In this document: positions 1 through 9,337 of the stretch, one piece after another
Layout of the letters: each line of letters opens with the position of its first letter
How positions within the stretch are numbered: position 1 is the stretch's first letter
Translations under genes and position numbers: made by a program
Notes under the pieces: model-generated
Told to the model about the DNA's origin: nothing
Databases searched by the model: none
What the model saw: the letters and a program-made list of their open reading frames with translations, nothing else
Virus record (IMG/VR): IMGVR_UViG_3300034022_000096
Location: 1-54,537 of that record
Source: a virus
Lineage: Duplodnaviria; Caudoviricetes
Direction: 5' to 3' (one strand)
DNA: 54,537 nt

Positions 1-470
1 GTGGTAACTTGGCGGGCTCCGCCAACATGACCTTTAACGGCACAACGCTTACAGCCGCAGCTTTTTCTGGCCCTCTGAATGGCACGGTTGGTGCAACAAC
101 ACCAAGCACAGTTGTAGCTACACAGGTCAACGTCACAGCCCAAGGCGATGTTCGCTTTGAAGACTCTTCTGGCGGTCAGTATGTAGCGCTGCAAGCCCCC
201 GGCACAGTGGCGACAAACGTAACATTCACACTACCCAGCGCAGATGGTTCAGCCAATCAACTGCTTTCTACCAACGGTTCGGGTGTATTGAGCTTCACAA
301 CAGTATCAAGCCCTGCGTATGCAAGTGGTGCGTTGATTGTTAACACAACCACAGTGGGAGAGAACTATACTGTACCCACAGGTTCCAACGCATTTTCGGT
401 TGGGCCAATCACAATTTCCAGCGGCTTTGCTATTACTGTTTCTTCCGGCCAGCGCTGGGTTGTTTTATAA
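1..470 (+). CDS. tail fibre / virion structural protein, 5'-truncated
   Basis: Frame is open back to the window start. Thr/Ser/Gly-rich beta-type sequence with an LPSADGSANQLLSTNGSGVLSF fibre module, at the start of the fibre cluster. Confidence 0.7.
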   Translation, partial: GNLAGSANMTFNGTTLTAAAFSGPLNGTVGATTPSTVVATQVNVTAQGDVRFEDSSGGQYVALQAPGTVATNVTFTLPSADGSANQLLSTNGSGVLSFTTVSSPAYASGALIVNTTTVGENYTVPTGSNAFSVGPITISSGFAITVSSGQRWVVL

Positions 471-479
471 GGAAATACC

Positions 480-1538
480 ATGAGTACGATTTCAGCAGGA
501 ACAACATCAGGCACGGCGCTAGTAAGCACTGGGGATACCACAGGCGCTCTGGTATTTAAAACAGGGTCTGGTGCAACAACCGCTATGACAATTGGCGCGG
601 ATCAAAGTGTCACGTTTACGGGCACTGTTACCGGTGTTCCCGGTGCAACTTTTAATGAGTTCACTTCTACAGGCACTTGGACTAAGCCATCTGGCGCAAC
701 TTTTGTAATGGTTGAATGTATTGGCGGTGGCGGTGGAGCCGGTTCTGGTCGCAGAAGCACTTCAGATAAAGGGGGCGGCGGCGGTGGTGGCGGTGGCTCG
801 TATGCGTATCGGTTATTTAAAGCGTCTGATTTAACAAGCACGGTGACTGTAACGGTTGCCGCTGGTGGCACAGGGGGCGCGGCGCAAACTGTCGATGGTA
901 ATAGTGGTAATGCTGGAACTAGCGGGGGTGATACTACATTTGGTTCGTACTTATCAGCTTTTGGTGGACAGTTTGGTAATGGTGGTGCAACTACAACTTC
1001 TTTTGGCGGTCTTGGTGCTGGTGTTATGGGTACTTCAGGCCAACCACTTTCACGAGACGGCTCAAACGCCCCAATATATGGTCAGTTTGGTGGCGGTATT
1101 GCTGGCTCTGCGGGGTTAACAGGTAACCCTTCTGGATTTGGTGGCGGCTCTGGCGGTGGCGGTATTGATACGTCTAGTCGCCCGGGCGGTTCTTCTTACC
1201 AAGGAGGCGCAGGTGGTGGTTCTGGTGGGGGCGGTGGCGGTGGAACTCCTCAAAATGGTGGCGAGGGTGGTTCAAATACTGGAAACACTGCTGGTGGTGG
1301 CGCGGCTGGTGCGGCTGCAGTATCGTCTACAAGCGCGGGAAGCGCGGGTGGTGCTGGTGCTTTCCGTCAAGGTGGCGGCGGTGGCGGTAGTGGTGGCAGT
1401 ACATCTGGTGTGGGGGGCGCTGGCGGTGCGGGTGGTACTGGTGCTGGTGGCGGCGGTGGCGGCGCGGCAAATGCTGGATCAAATTCAGGCGCTGGTGGCA
1501 ATGGTGGCGATGGCTTGTGCCGTGTCTACACTTGGTAA
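480..1538 (+). CDS. glycine-rich tail fibre-like protein
   Basis: TAAGGA RBS. FTSTGTWTKPSG...VECIGGGGG start of a Gly-rich domain, ending GGDGLCRVYTW. Confidence 0.75.
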   Translation: MSTISAGTTSGTALVSTGDTTGALVFKTGSGATTAMTIGADQSVTFTGTVTGVPGATFNEFTSTGTWTKPSGATFVMVECIGGGGGAGSGRRSTSDKGGGGGGGGGSYAYRLFKASDLTSTVTVTVAAGGTGGAAQTVDGNSGNAGTSGGDTTFGSYLSAFGGQFGNGGATTTSFGGLGAGVMGTSGQPLSRDGSNAPIYGQFGGGIAGSAGLTGNPSGFGGGSGGGGIDTSSRPGGSSYQGGAGGGSGGGGGGGTPQNGGEGGSNTGNTAGGGAAGAAAVSSTSAGSAGGAGAFRQGGGGGGSGGSTSGVGGAGGAGGTGAGGGGGGAANAGSNSGAGGNGGDGLCRVYTW

Positions 1539-1547
1539 GGAACAAAC

Positions 1548-1790
1548 ATGACGAACAGATTTGCAATTATTGAAAACGGCACAGTGGTCAATGTGGTTGT
1601 TGCCGATGCAGAAATCGCTTCTGCTAACGGTTGGATCGCATGCCCTGACGCTGGCCCCGGCTGGACTTACGCTGATGGCGTATTTACTGCACCTGTTGTG
1701 GTAGAACCCGTAGCGCCACCCGCACCAACCAAAGAAGAACTGCTTGCGCAACTTAATGCGCTGGCAGCCCAAATTCAAGCATTGGAGTAA
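1548..1790 (+). CDS. small fibre-associated protein
   Basis: TAAGGA RBS; 80 aa; directly follows the Gly-rich gene; C-terminal coiled coil. Confidence 0.6.
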   Translation: MTNRFAIIENGTVVNVVVADAEIASANGWIACPDAGPGWTYADGVFTAPVVVEPVAPPAPTKEELLAQLNALAAQIQALE

Positions 1791-1793
1791 ATC

Positions 1794-2546
1794 ATGCCAG
1801 TAGTAATCACAGGTAACAACACACCCACGGCGGGCGGCGTAGTTTACGGCGACGGCACAACCTATGCAACAACAACGGCTGGGACTTCTGGTCGGCCTAT
1901 AGTTTCTGGTGGTGCTGGAGCGCCTACATTTCGCCCCTATACATTACCAGCCGCAGACGGTTCAGCAAATCAAATACTACAAACTGACGGAGCAGGCGCG
2001 TTGAGTTTTGCTACGCCTTCTACTGGCGCAATGGCACTATTGGCTACAGTCAACGCAACATCAGGAACGTATGTAACTTTTGATGGTTATTTTACGTCTG
2101 CATATGATGTTTATTTAATAACAGGCTCTAACATTTTTGTTGATGATACTTCTGTATCGGGAAATTTAAAAACGCAAATTGCTATTGCTTCAACTTATCA
2201 AACAACTGGAAATTATAGATATTCCTTAATTGAATCTGATTCTAACTCAACGTCAATTGTTGGTTCTTTTTCAACAACTTCTTCTCAATTAAATATGAAT
2301 ATAGTCAGGGATTTGTATCGGGGCATTGCATTTTCTTTTTATATTTATAACCCATTAACCACAAATGAATCAAAATCATTAACGTGGACACTTGTTGGAC
2401 GAGATGGCTCGGCAGTGTTAAATCAAAATATTGGTGTAGGGTCATTTACAGGGTCATCAGCCGCGCTAACAGGTATTAGATTCTTTTGGGATGTTGGAAC
2501 CTTTCAATCCGGCAAATTTCAACTTTACGGCTTGAAAAACAGTTAA
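1794..2546 (+). CDS. tail fibre / receptor-binding-like protein
   Basis: GGAG RBS; LPAADGSANQILQTDGAGALSF module followed by an AT-rich C-terminal beta-domain. Confidence 0.65.
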   Translation: MPVVITGNNTPTAGGVVYGDGTTYATTTAGTSGRPIVSGGAGAPTFRPYTLPAADGSANQILQTDGAGALSFATPSTGAMALLATVNATSGTYVTFDGYFTSAYDVYLITGSNIFVDDTSVSGNLKTQIAIASTYQTTGNYRYSLIESDSNSTSIVGSFSTTSSQLNMNIVRDLYRGIAFSFYIYNPLTTNESKSLTWTLVGRDGSAVLNQNIGVGSFTGSSAALTGIRFFWDVGTFQSGKFQLYGLKNS

Positions 2547-2555
2547 GGAATAATC

Positions 2556-2807
2556 ATGGCAAGATTTCACACAACAGCAGAAGGCAACATTCCGTTTACC
2601 GCCGAAGAAGAAGCACACAGAGATGCGGAAGAAGCACAGGCTCAAGCAAATAAAGTTGAAAGAGCCCTTACCAAATATCAACGCGACCGAGCCGCAGAAT
2701 ACCCAGCCATTGGCGATCAACTTGATGCGTTGTTCCACGCAGGTGTGTTCCCTGCTGACATGGCTGCAACTCTTCAAGCAGTCAAAAACAAATATCCAAA
2801 GGGGTAA
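2556..2807 (+). CDS. small fibre-associated (assembly chaperone-like) protein
   Basis: TAAGGA RBS; YQRDRAAEYPAIGDQLDAL...VKNKYPK pattern typical of small genes next to fibre genes. Confidence 0.6.
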   Translation: MARFHTTAEGNIPFTAEEEAHRDAEEAQAQANKVERALTKYQRDRAAEYPAIGDQLDALFHAGVFPADMAATLQAVKNKYPKG

Positions 2808-2810
2808 CAC

Positions 2811-3344
2811 ATGGCAACAATACTTAACGCGGATAACGTAACTGGTGGTGCGGTTGTCACGGCTGATGCTTCTGGCGTATTAACGCTTCAAGGTGCGGGT
2901 AACACTGGGGTTAGTATTAGCACAGCAGGTGTGCCTACGCTTACCACACCGGTACTGGGAACTCCAACATCTGGAACGCTAAGTGCTTGTACAGTGGATG
3001 GAACTGACGCTGTTGGTTTTAGGAACATCCCACAGAACAGTAAAAGCGCAGATTACACACTGGTTCTTGCTGATTCAGGCAAACACATCTTTCACCCAGT
3101 TGGTGACAACAACGCAAGGACATTCACAATCCCTGCCAACAGTTCTGTGGCCTACCCCCTCGGTACAGCACTTACATTTATCAACATGGCCGTGGCAAAC
3201 GTCACGATTGCCATCACAACAGACACATTGGTTTTATCTTCCGCCGGTACAACAGGTTCACGAACTTTGGCGACAAACGGATCAGCAACCTGCATTAAGA
3301 TCACCTCAACATCTTGGCTTATTAGCGGGAGTGGTTTGACATGA
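2811..3344 (+). CDS. virion structural / fibre protein
   Basis: Thr-rich; YTLVLAD...FTIPANSSVAYPLGT...WLISGSGLT fibre-type domain. Confidence 0.6.
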   Translation: MATILNADNVTGGAVVTADASGVLTLQGAGNTGVSISTAGVPTLTTPVLGTPTSGTLSACTVDGTDAVGFRNIPQNSKSADYTLVLADSGKHIFHPVGDNNARTFTIPANSSVAYPLGTALTFINMAVANVTIAITTDTLVLSSAGTTGSRTLATNGSATCIKITSTSWLISGSGLT

Positions 3345-4201
3345 GTGGCGCACTACAGGCTGTATTCCAAAACCAAAGGTCGTTTGGCCCAGCGTTTATG
3401 GATGTGTCCACAACGGGCAGTCCTACCATTACAACTGATGGTGACTTTCAAGTAGTTAAATTTACTGGCTCTGGTGAATTTATTGTTAATTCGCTAGGTG
3501 GTGACCCAACGTATGGTGCGGCTGTTGATGTTTTAGCTGTTGCTGGCGGTGCTGGTGGTGGTAGAGAAATTGGAGGTGGTGGTGGTGCTGGTGGGTTGAT
3601 TTATACAACGGGACAGGCTGTAACGGCAACAACTTACACAATTACTGTCGGAGGCGGCGGTGCTGCTGTGACCACTTCACAAAGAGGAAATAATGGTGAT
3701 ATTTCTATTGGAATTACTGGAACTACATTAGTCGGCGGTGGTGGTGGTGGAAATTATTCAATAGCCACCGCTGGAAAAACTGGTGGTTCTGGAGGCGGTG
3801 GGGGTGGTTCTGGCGGTAGTGGTGGCACAGGCACTTCTGGGCAAGGAAGAAATGGTGGCACAGGCACATATGACCCTAAACAAGGAAAGTATGCAGCAGC
3901 CGGTGGTGGCGGTGCTGGTGCAGTAGGGGGAAGTGCATCATCAATAACATCAGCAGGAAGTGGTGGCTCTGGTTCAAGTGTTTCAATTACTGGTTCCTCA
4001 GTAACTTATGCTGGTGGTGGTGGGGGTTGTACTGTTGGTACTCAAGGTTCTGGCGGTAGTGGTGGCGGGGGTTCTGGTGGTGTGGCATCAGCCACTTCTG
4101 GAACAGCAAACACAGGTGGTGGTGGGGGTGGTATTTACAACAATAGCACTGGCTCTGCTGGCGGGTCTGGTGTCGTAATCGTTCGTTATAAGTTTCAATA
4201 A
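3341..4201 (+). CDS. glycine-rich tail fibre-like protein
   Basis: ATGA overlap with the upstream gene; VLAVAGG...ANTGGGGG...GGSGVVIVRY Gly-rich domain. Confidence 0.75.
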   Translation: MSGALQAVFQNQRSFGPAFMDVSTTGSPTITTDGDFQVVKFTGSGEFIVNSLGGDPTYGAAVDVLAVAGGAGGGREIGGGGGAGGLIYTTGQAVTATTYTITVGGGGAAVTTSQRGNNGDISIGITGTTLVGGGGGGNYSIATAGKTGGSGGGGGGSGGSGGTGTSGQGRNGGTGTYDPKQGKYAAAGGGGAGAVGGSASSITSAGSGGSGSSVSITGSSVTYAGGGGGCTVGTQGSGGSGGGGSGGVASATSGTANTGGGGGGIYNNSTGSAGGSGVVIVRYKFQ

Positions 4202-4560
4202 TGGCACACTTTGCACAACTAAACGAAGACAGCGTAGTGACGCAGGTCATTGTCGTTCACAACAACGAACTTCTTGTTGATGGTGTTGAACAAGAAGCCA
4301 AAGGCATTGCTTTTTGCCAAAGGTTGTTAGGTGGTCGCTGGATTCAAACAAGTTACAACGGCAACATTCGTAAAAACTATGCCGGAATTGATTACACCTA
4401 CGATGCTCAAAGAGATGCGTTTATTGCACCTCAACCAGAAGGCGAAGGCTGGTTACTTGATGAGGCAACTTGCATCTGGCGCAATGCCGCACTTGAGGCA
4501 GAAGAAGCCGCAAGAGAAGCCGCACGACAACAGATTGATATAGGTACAACCCGTGTCTAG
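4201..4560 (+). CDS. fibre-associated protein
   Basis: TAATG coupling; MAHFAQL...WIQTSYN..IRKNYAGI..TYD...DAFIAP pattern, typically paired with Gly-rich genes. Confidence 0.65.
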   Translation: MAHFAQLNEDSVVTQVIVVHNNELLVDGVEQEAKGIAFCQRLLGGRWIQTSYNGNIRKNYAGIDYTYDAQRDAFIAPQPEGEGWLLDEATCIWRNAALEAEEAAREAARQQIDIGTTRV

Positions 4561-4912
4561 TCCTGTAACCGACCTTAAACTTGTTGACAATGTGTTTGTC
4601 AAGATGCACCAATTCTTAAACGTGGGTGATACCCATGACGGCCACGCCCATGTGTTCGACCACATTACTTTACTGGCGGCGGGTTCCGTGATAATGAAGC
4701 ACGACAATGGTGAGCAAGACTTTACTGCCCCTCACTTAATCGTGACTCCCAAGGGTGTGGTGCATCAGTTTATTGCCAAAGAGCCAAATACAATCTTTTG
4801 TTGCATCCACGCTATTCGTGACGGCAGTACGGTAGATGACGTTGCGTCTCAAGACATTACGCCAGAACAGGCATTTGAGTTAATGACTCACTACCCTTTA
4901 ACTCAGGGCTAG
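4553..4912 (+). CDS. cupin-fold protein
   Basis: GHAHVFDHITLL and PKGVVHQF His motifs match cupin motifs 1 and 2. Confidence 0.65.
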   Translation: MSSPVTDLKLVDNVFVKMHQFLNVGDTHDGHAHVFDHITLLAAGSVIMKHDNGEQDFTAPHLIVTPKGVVHQFIAKEPNTIFCCIHAIRDGSTVDDVASQDITPEQAFELMTHYPLTQG

Positions 4913-4913
4913 T

Positions 4914-5006
4914 ATGCGAGACTGGGCTGTGGCATTTATTGCGGCGGCTCTCATAATTGCCTTTGTCATCTTTGGCACGTACATGATTGCATGGAGTTTG
5001 GTGTGA
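4914..5006 (+). CDS. 30-aa single-TM peptide (not in ORF track)
   Basis: MRDWAVAFIAAALIIAFVIFGTYMIAWSLV fills the gap between neighbouring genes almost exactly. Confidence 0.55.
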   Translation: MRDWAVAFIAAALIIAFVIFGTYMIAWSLV

Positions 5007-5009
5007 TAA

Positions 5010-5297
5010 ATGCGTTGGCTCATACTGTTACTGTTATTGGGGCTAGTTGGAGCCACAGCCAAGAACGGATGCCATGTGCGCGAGTTTTGGTCAATTGCTT
5101 GGACAATCCACAACCCGTCCGAGCGCCATCAACAGATGTCAATATGGTTAACAAACAATGTGCGGTTTTGCAGAAGCCAAGATTTAACAGTCATTTGGAA
5201 CAACCTGTCCGAGTGGGCGGGCACAGCAGATTCAGCAGAACTCAGAACTAAAGTTATTCATGGATACAAAGATGCGCTTGAACGGGAGAAGAAATGA
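5010..5297 (+). CDS. secreted/membrane-anchored hypothetical protein
   Basis: N-terminal signal-like sequence MRWLILLLLLGLVGATA; lies upstream of the lysis genes. Confidence 0.6.
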   Translation: MRWLILLLLLGLVGATAKNGCHVREFWSIAWTIHNPSERHQQMSIWLTNNVRFCRSQDLTVIWNNLSEWAGTADSAELRTKVIHGYKDALEREKK

Positions 5298-5425
5298 TTG
5301 ATGTACTAGAAATACTGCTTTGGTTAGCAGTGCCTATGAACTACATCTATTGGATCTTTATTCACAATGATTCCGCCGCTAAACAAATGGTATCCAATGG
5401 TTCAGCCGGGAGGCGAGCCGACTAA
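5294..5425 (+). CDS. possible 43-aa membrane peptide (not in ORF track)
   Basis: ATGA overlap with GGAG upstream; MIDVLEILLWLAVPMNYIYWIF; overlaps the next ORF by about 60 bp. Confidence 0.35.
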   Translation: MIDVLEILLWLAVPMNYIYWIFIHNDSAAKQMVSNGSAGRRAD

Positions 5426-5606
5426 AACATATGCGCTTGAACGCAGGGCAGAGCGCTTACAAGAAGAATATGCACAAGCGCTAAAGATGAAGAAGGCAAA
5501 GGATAAAATTAACGATCTTGAGTTTGAGTTGTATGTAAAGAAGGCAGAACGCAACCAACTGAGACTTGAGATTTTTACCAACCGTAAGCTGGATATTTAT
5601 GTATGA
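5367..5606 (+). CDS. hypothetical coiled-coil protein
   Basis: 79-aa ORF coupled (ATGA) to the next gene. Confidence 0.55.
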   Translation: MIPPLNKWYPMVQPGGEPTKTYALERRAERLQEEYAQALKMKKAKDKINDLEFELYVKKAERNQLRLEIFTNRKLDIYV

Positions 5607-5884
5607 CCAGAAAACCGATACCCAGACCCAAGAAAGTAGCGCCAGACACCAAGGACAAGCTGACGCTGTGGGTAACGCTTATGGTAAGCACCACCTTGTG
5701 CATCTCCGTATTGGCAATGGTGGTCAGCTTCATGTTAGGTTTGTGGGCCAAGGAAGTGGACAACGCCGAGATATTCAAAATGATTTCACCCGCTTTTTCT
5801 ACTCTTATCGGCGGCATGATTGGGTTCCTGTCTGGTATCAAACTCATGCAAAATGAAGATAAATCTAAATCTTGTAAGGACTAA
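5603..5884 (+). CDS. 2-TM membrane protein (holin/antiholin candidate)
   Basis: Two hydrophobic segments; lies in the lysis cassette. Confidence 0.55.
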   Translation: MTRKPIPRPKKVAPDTKDKLTLWVTLMVSTTLCISVLAMVVSFMLGLWAKEVDNAEIFKMISPAFSTLIGGMIGFLSGIKLMQNEDKSKSCKD

Positions 5885-5886
5885 AA

Positions 5887-6390
5887 ATGCTTTCACTTAT
5901 ATCCACCCTTGGCGGTCTGCTCATATCAGGCTTACCAAAGCTACTCGACTTCTTCCAGAACAAGGCAGACCAACGCCATGAGTTAGCCTTAGCGCAGATT
6001 CAAGTGCAGATGCAACTCCAGATGATGGCGCAGGGCTTTGCCGCCCAAGAGCGCATGGAAGAGATTCGCACCGACCAAATCGCTATGGAAACAGACGCAC
6101 AGATGACCGTTGCCGCCTATGACCACGACAAGAAAGTTATGGATAACGCCAGCACTTGGGTGGTGAACTTTGTGGGTACTGTGCGTCCGATGGTTACTTA
6201 CATCTTTGTGTTGGAGTTATGCGCTATCAATGCTTGGATGGCTTACTACATCTACACCCGTCCCGCTTTGGTTACAAGCATGGATGACTTGGTGCGTTTG
6301 ACTGATATTCTGTTCAGCACTGACGAGATGGCAATGCTTGGAGGCATCATTGGTTTCTGGTTTGGCTCACGTAGCTGGAGCAAGAAATGA
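5887..6390 (+). CDS. holin-like protein (3TM/GTA-type resemblance)
   Basis: VRP..TY motif and C-terminal IIGFWFGSR; directly upstream of the endolysin. Confidence 0.65.
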   Translation: MLSLISTLGGLLISGLPKLLDFFQNKADQRHELALAQIQVQMQLQMMAQGFAAQERMEEIRTDQIAMETDAQMTVAAYDHDKKVMDNASTWVVNFVGTVRPMVTYIFVLELCAINAWMAYYIYTRPALVTSMDDLVRLTDILFSTDEMAMLGGIIGFWFGSRSWSKK

Positions 6391-6893
6391 AACTGAGCGA
6401 AGCTAGCGCTAAGTTAATGCACCAGTGGGAGGGGTATCGCACTAAGCCATACCTCTGCCCGGCCCACATTTGGACGATTGGGTATGGTCATGTTTTGTAT
6501 CTAGATCAAATCCGTCTGCCTGTCGTCAGGGTGGAGGGTAAAGACACCCCAATGATTCGCAAAGAGATGCCACTGAAACCGGAGGACAACCGTGTCTGGA
6601 CTAAAGAAGAAATCGATAAACTATTCGAGAATGACGTCGTCCCTACTGAACGTGGTGTTCTACGACTTGCTCCCGCTTTATCTGGTCGTCAAGGCGCTTT
6701 TGACGCGTGTGTCAGCTTTGCCTTCAACGCCGGAGTGGGGGCTTTTCAGCGTTCTTCTATTCGGATGAAAATCAATCGTGGTGATTGGGAGGGCGCAGCC
6801 GATGCCCTCTTGCTGTATTGCATGGGTGGTGGCAAAATACTAGCAGGGCTAAAAAAGCGCAGGGACGCTGAAAAAGCAATGTTTTTATCCTAG
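6387..6893 (+). CDS. endolysin, GH24 phage lysozyme
   Basis: WEG.RTKPYLCPAHIWTIGYGH (E-x8-C-x5-T triad), FDA.VSFAFN.G and GLKKRR..E motifs. Confidence 0.9.
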   Translation: MKLSEASAKLMHQWEGYRTKPYLCPAHIWTIGYGHVLYLDQIRLPVVRVEGKDTPMIRKEMPLKPEDNRVWTKEEIDKLFENDVVPTERGVLRLAPALSGRQGAFDACVSFAFNAGVGAFQRSSIRMKINRGDWEGAADALLLYCMGGGKILAGLKKRRDAEKAMFLS

Positions 6894-6901
6894 GACTGCT
6901 G

Positions 6902-9031
6902 ATGCCACTACAAAAAATCCTGTTTAAGCCGGGCGTCAATAAAGAGAACACTCGCTACACCACAGAGGGTGGTTGGTATGAGGCCGACAAGATACGCTTT
7001 CGTCAGGGTAATCCCGAAGTCATCGGTGGCTGGCAACGTATCTCTGCTAACACGTACAACGGCGTATGCAGATCACTTTGGAATTGGGTCACGCTTGGGT
7101 TTCTTAATTTGGTTGGTGTTGGAACTAATACCAAGTTCTACATTCAAAACGGTGGTGCGTACTATGACATCACCCCCATCAGAACCACTACAGCGCTTGG
7201 CGCAAACCCTTTTACCGGCAACGGCACATTTACAGTCACGGTAACCGCCACCTCACACGGAGCAACTACCGGCTCGTTTGTTACGTTCTCAGGGGTTACA
7301 GGTACATACGAGCCAGCGCTCGAAGCAGAGTTTCAAATCACAGTAGTCAACGTCAATTCCTACACAATTACAACAACCACTGTGGTTGCGGCGGGTGCTA
7401 CGGGCGGTTCGGGTGTTTCTGCGGCTTATCAAGTTAACGCTGGCCCTGCCTTTGCTGTACCGCTAACCGGTTGGGGCGCTGATACTTGGGGTAGTCCTCC
7501 TGCGGATGCGCCCCCCTCAACGGTTGGTACATGGGGCTATGGCAGAACTTCCACATCAGCGTTGCGTTTATGGAATCAAATTAACTATGGCGAAGATTTA
7601 ATCTTTGGCGTTCGTGGCGGCGCGCTTTGCTATTGGGATGCAACAAGTGGGCTTACATCTCGGGGTGTTTTGCTTAGTTCTCTTGGCGGCACAGTTTCTT
7701 TTACCAGCGCTTCGCCGACTGTGGTGACCTCCACCATACTTTATACCGAGGGCGCTGCGCTTCAGTTTGCCGCTACTACTTCTTTACCTACAGGCATTGC
7801 TGCATCTACTAATTATTACGTGTTTGAAGTTGATGGTTTGACGTTTAAGCTTTTAGACAACGCAGGTAATGCGGTCAACGCGGCTTCTACAGGTACGGGT
7901 GTGTACGTCTCCAACATTGTTGACTGCCCTGTTGTTCAGAACAACTTAACCGTGTCTGACATATCACGCTTCATCATTGTGTTTGGCACAAACAACTACC
8001 CACGACCTGAAAATTCTTACAACACGGCGATTGACCCAATGTTAATTCGCTGGTCAGCGCAAGACGATCCATACAACTGGACACCCGATCCTACAAACCA
8101 AGCAGGGTTTACGCGCCTTTCTCACGGCTCTGAGATTGTCACAACCGTTCAAACTCGGCAAGAGATTGTGGTGTTTACTGACTCAAGCGTGTACTCCTTG
8201 CAGTATCTTGGCCCCCCTTATGTGTGGGCAGCGCAGTTGCTTGGCGATAACATTTCTGTCATTAGCTCCAATGCGGCTGTAATTGCTTCCGGTATTGTGT
8301 ACTGGATGGGCGTAGATAAGTTCTACATGTACGATGGCCGTGTGCAAACACTTAACTGTGACCTGCGCCGTTTTATATTCCAAGACCTTAATTTAGAGCA
8401 AACTGCGCAGGTGTTCTCTGGCACAAACGAAGGCTTCAACGAAGTGTGGTGGTTCTACCCGTCTAGTGGAAGCAATCTAGTTGACCGGTACGTTATTTTC
8501 AATTACACGGAAAAAATCTGGTACTACGGCACGATGGCACGCTCTGCTTGGTTGGACTCGGGACTGCGTGACTTTCCTCTGGCGGCTGTGTATACATCAG
8601 CTACAAATACCGGCAACCTTGTAAACCACGAACAAGGGTTGGACAACAACGAAACCGGCACAACCGTTGCAATTGATGCTTACATTAGCTCGTCTGAGTT
8701 TGATATTGGTGACGGCCATAACTTTGGTTTTGTGTGGCGTGTCCTTCCTGACCTGACTTTTGAAGATTCTGTAAACTCTCCTACGGGGGCCGTGCCTTCG
8801 GTAGCTATGACCTTGTACGGTTTGTCTAACTCAGGCTCTGGCGTAACAAGCTCGGCTTCACAACCCGTGGCTAAAAGCAGTACGTACGTTATTACGGAGC
8901 AGTTTACTGGCACGATTTTCACCCGCATGCGCGGTCGCCAGATGATCTTTAAGATTAGCTCTAATCAGATTGGTACGGCTTGGCAACTGGGCGCTCCCCG
9001 TATTGACATCAGAGCTGATGGTAGACGCTAA
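6902..9031 (+). CDS. tail tubular / stabilisation protein (P22 gp10-like)
   Basis: 709-aa beta-rich protein with IRWS..D, YWMG.DKFY.YDG and EVWWFYPS motifs; position in a podovirus tail module. Confidence 0.7.
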   Translation: MPLQKILFKPGVNKENTRYTTEGGWYEADKIRFRQGNPEVIGGWQRISANTYNGVCRSLWNWVTLGFLNLVGVGTNTKFYIQNGGAYYDITPIRTTTALGANPFTGNGTFTVTVTATSHGATTGSFVTFSGVTGTYEPALEAEFQITVVNVNSYTITTTTVVAAGATGGSGVSAAYQVNAGPAFAVPLTGWGADTWGSPPADAPPSTVGTWGYGRTSTSALRLWNQINYGEDLIFGVRGGALCYWDATSGLTSRGVLLSSLGGTVSFTSASPTVVTSTILYTEGAALQFAATTSLPTGIAASTNYYVFEVDGLTFKLLDNAGNAVNAASTGTGVYVSNIVDCPVVQNNLTVSDISRFIIVFGTNNYPRPENSYNTAIDPMLIRWSAQDDPYNWTPDPTNQAGFTRLSHGSEIVTTVQTRQEIVVFTDSSVYSLQYLGPPYVWAAQLLGDNISVISSNAAVIASGIVYWMGVDKFYMYDGRVQTLNCDLRRFIFQDLNLEQTAQVFSGTNEGFNEVWWFYPSSGSNLVDRYVIFNYTEKIWYYGTMARSAWLDSGLRDFPLAAVYTSATNTGNLVNHEQGLDNNETGTTVAIDAYISSSEFDIGDGHNFGFVWRVLPDLTFEDSVNSPTGAVPSVAMTLYGLSNSGSGVTSSASQPVAKSSTYVITEQFTGTIFTRMRGRQMIFKISSNQIGTAWQLGAPRIDIRADGRR

Positions 9032-9303
9032 TGGCTGAACTAAACGCAATCCCCCCAAGCTTGCCGCTGGCTCCAGCGGAGTACGAGAGCCGCTACTTCA
9101 GCCAACTGAACAACGTCTTGCGCCTGTACTTTAATCAGTTAAACAACCCCGGTGATATGGGCGGGGCAACGTTGAATTTAAACCTTGAAACCCTGCCAAC
9201 CGAAGCAGACCTGCCTAATCTAAGGCTTGGTGATGTTTACAGAGATACACAAGATGGTGTACAAGCAACTAGCCAAATGCTTCGCATAAAGACGTCAACA
9301 TGA
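9031..9303 (+). CDS. small virion protein
   Basis: TAATG coupling; P.LP.AP.EY...LRLYFNQL motif. Confidence 0.6.
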   Translation: MAELNAIPPSLPLAPAEYESRYFSQLNNVLRLYFNQLNNPGDMGGATLNLNLETLPTEADLPNLRLGDVYRDTQDGVQATSQMLRIKTST

Positions 9304-9309
9304 TATTAT
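9281..9309 (+). promoter_or_regulatory. putative sigma70-type promoter for internal virion genes
   Basis: TTCGCA-N17-TATTAT with an extended TG, 28 bp upstream of the 9338 ATG. Confidence 0.45.
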
Positions 9310-9337
9310 CGACCAACCCCCATTTTGAGAGGCAAAA

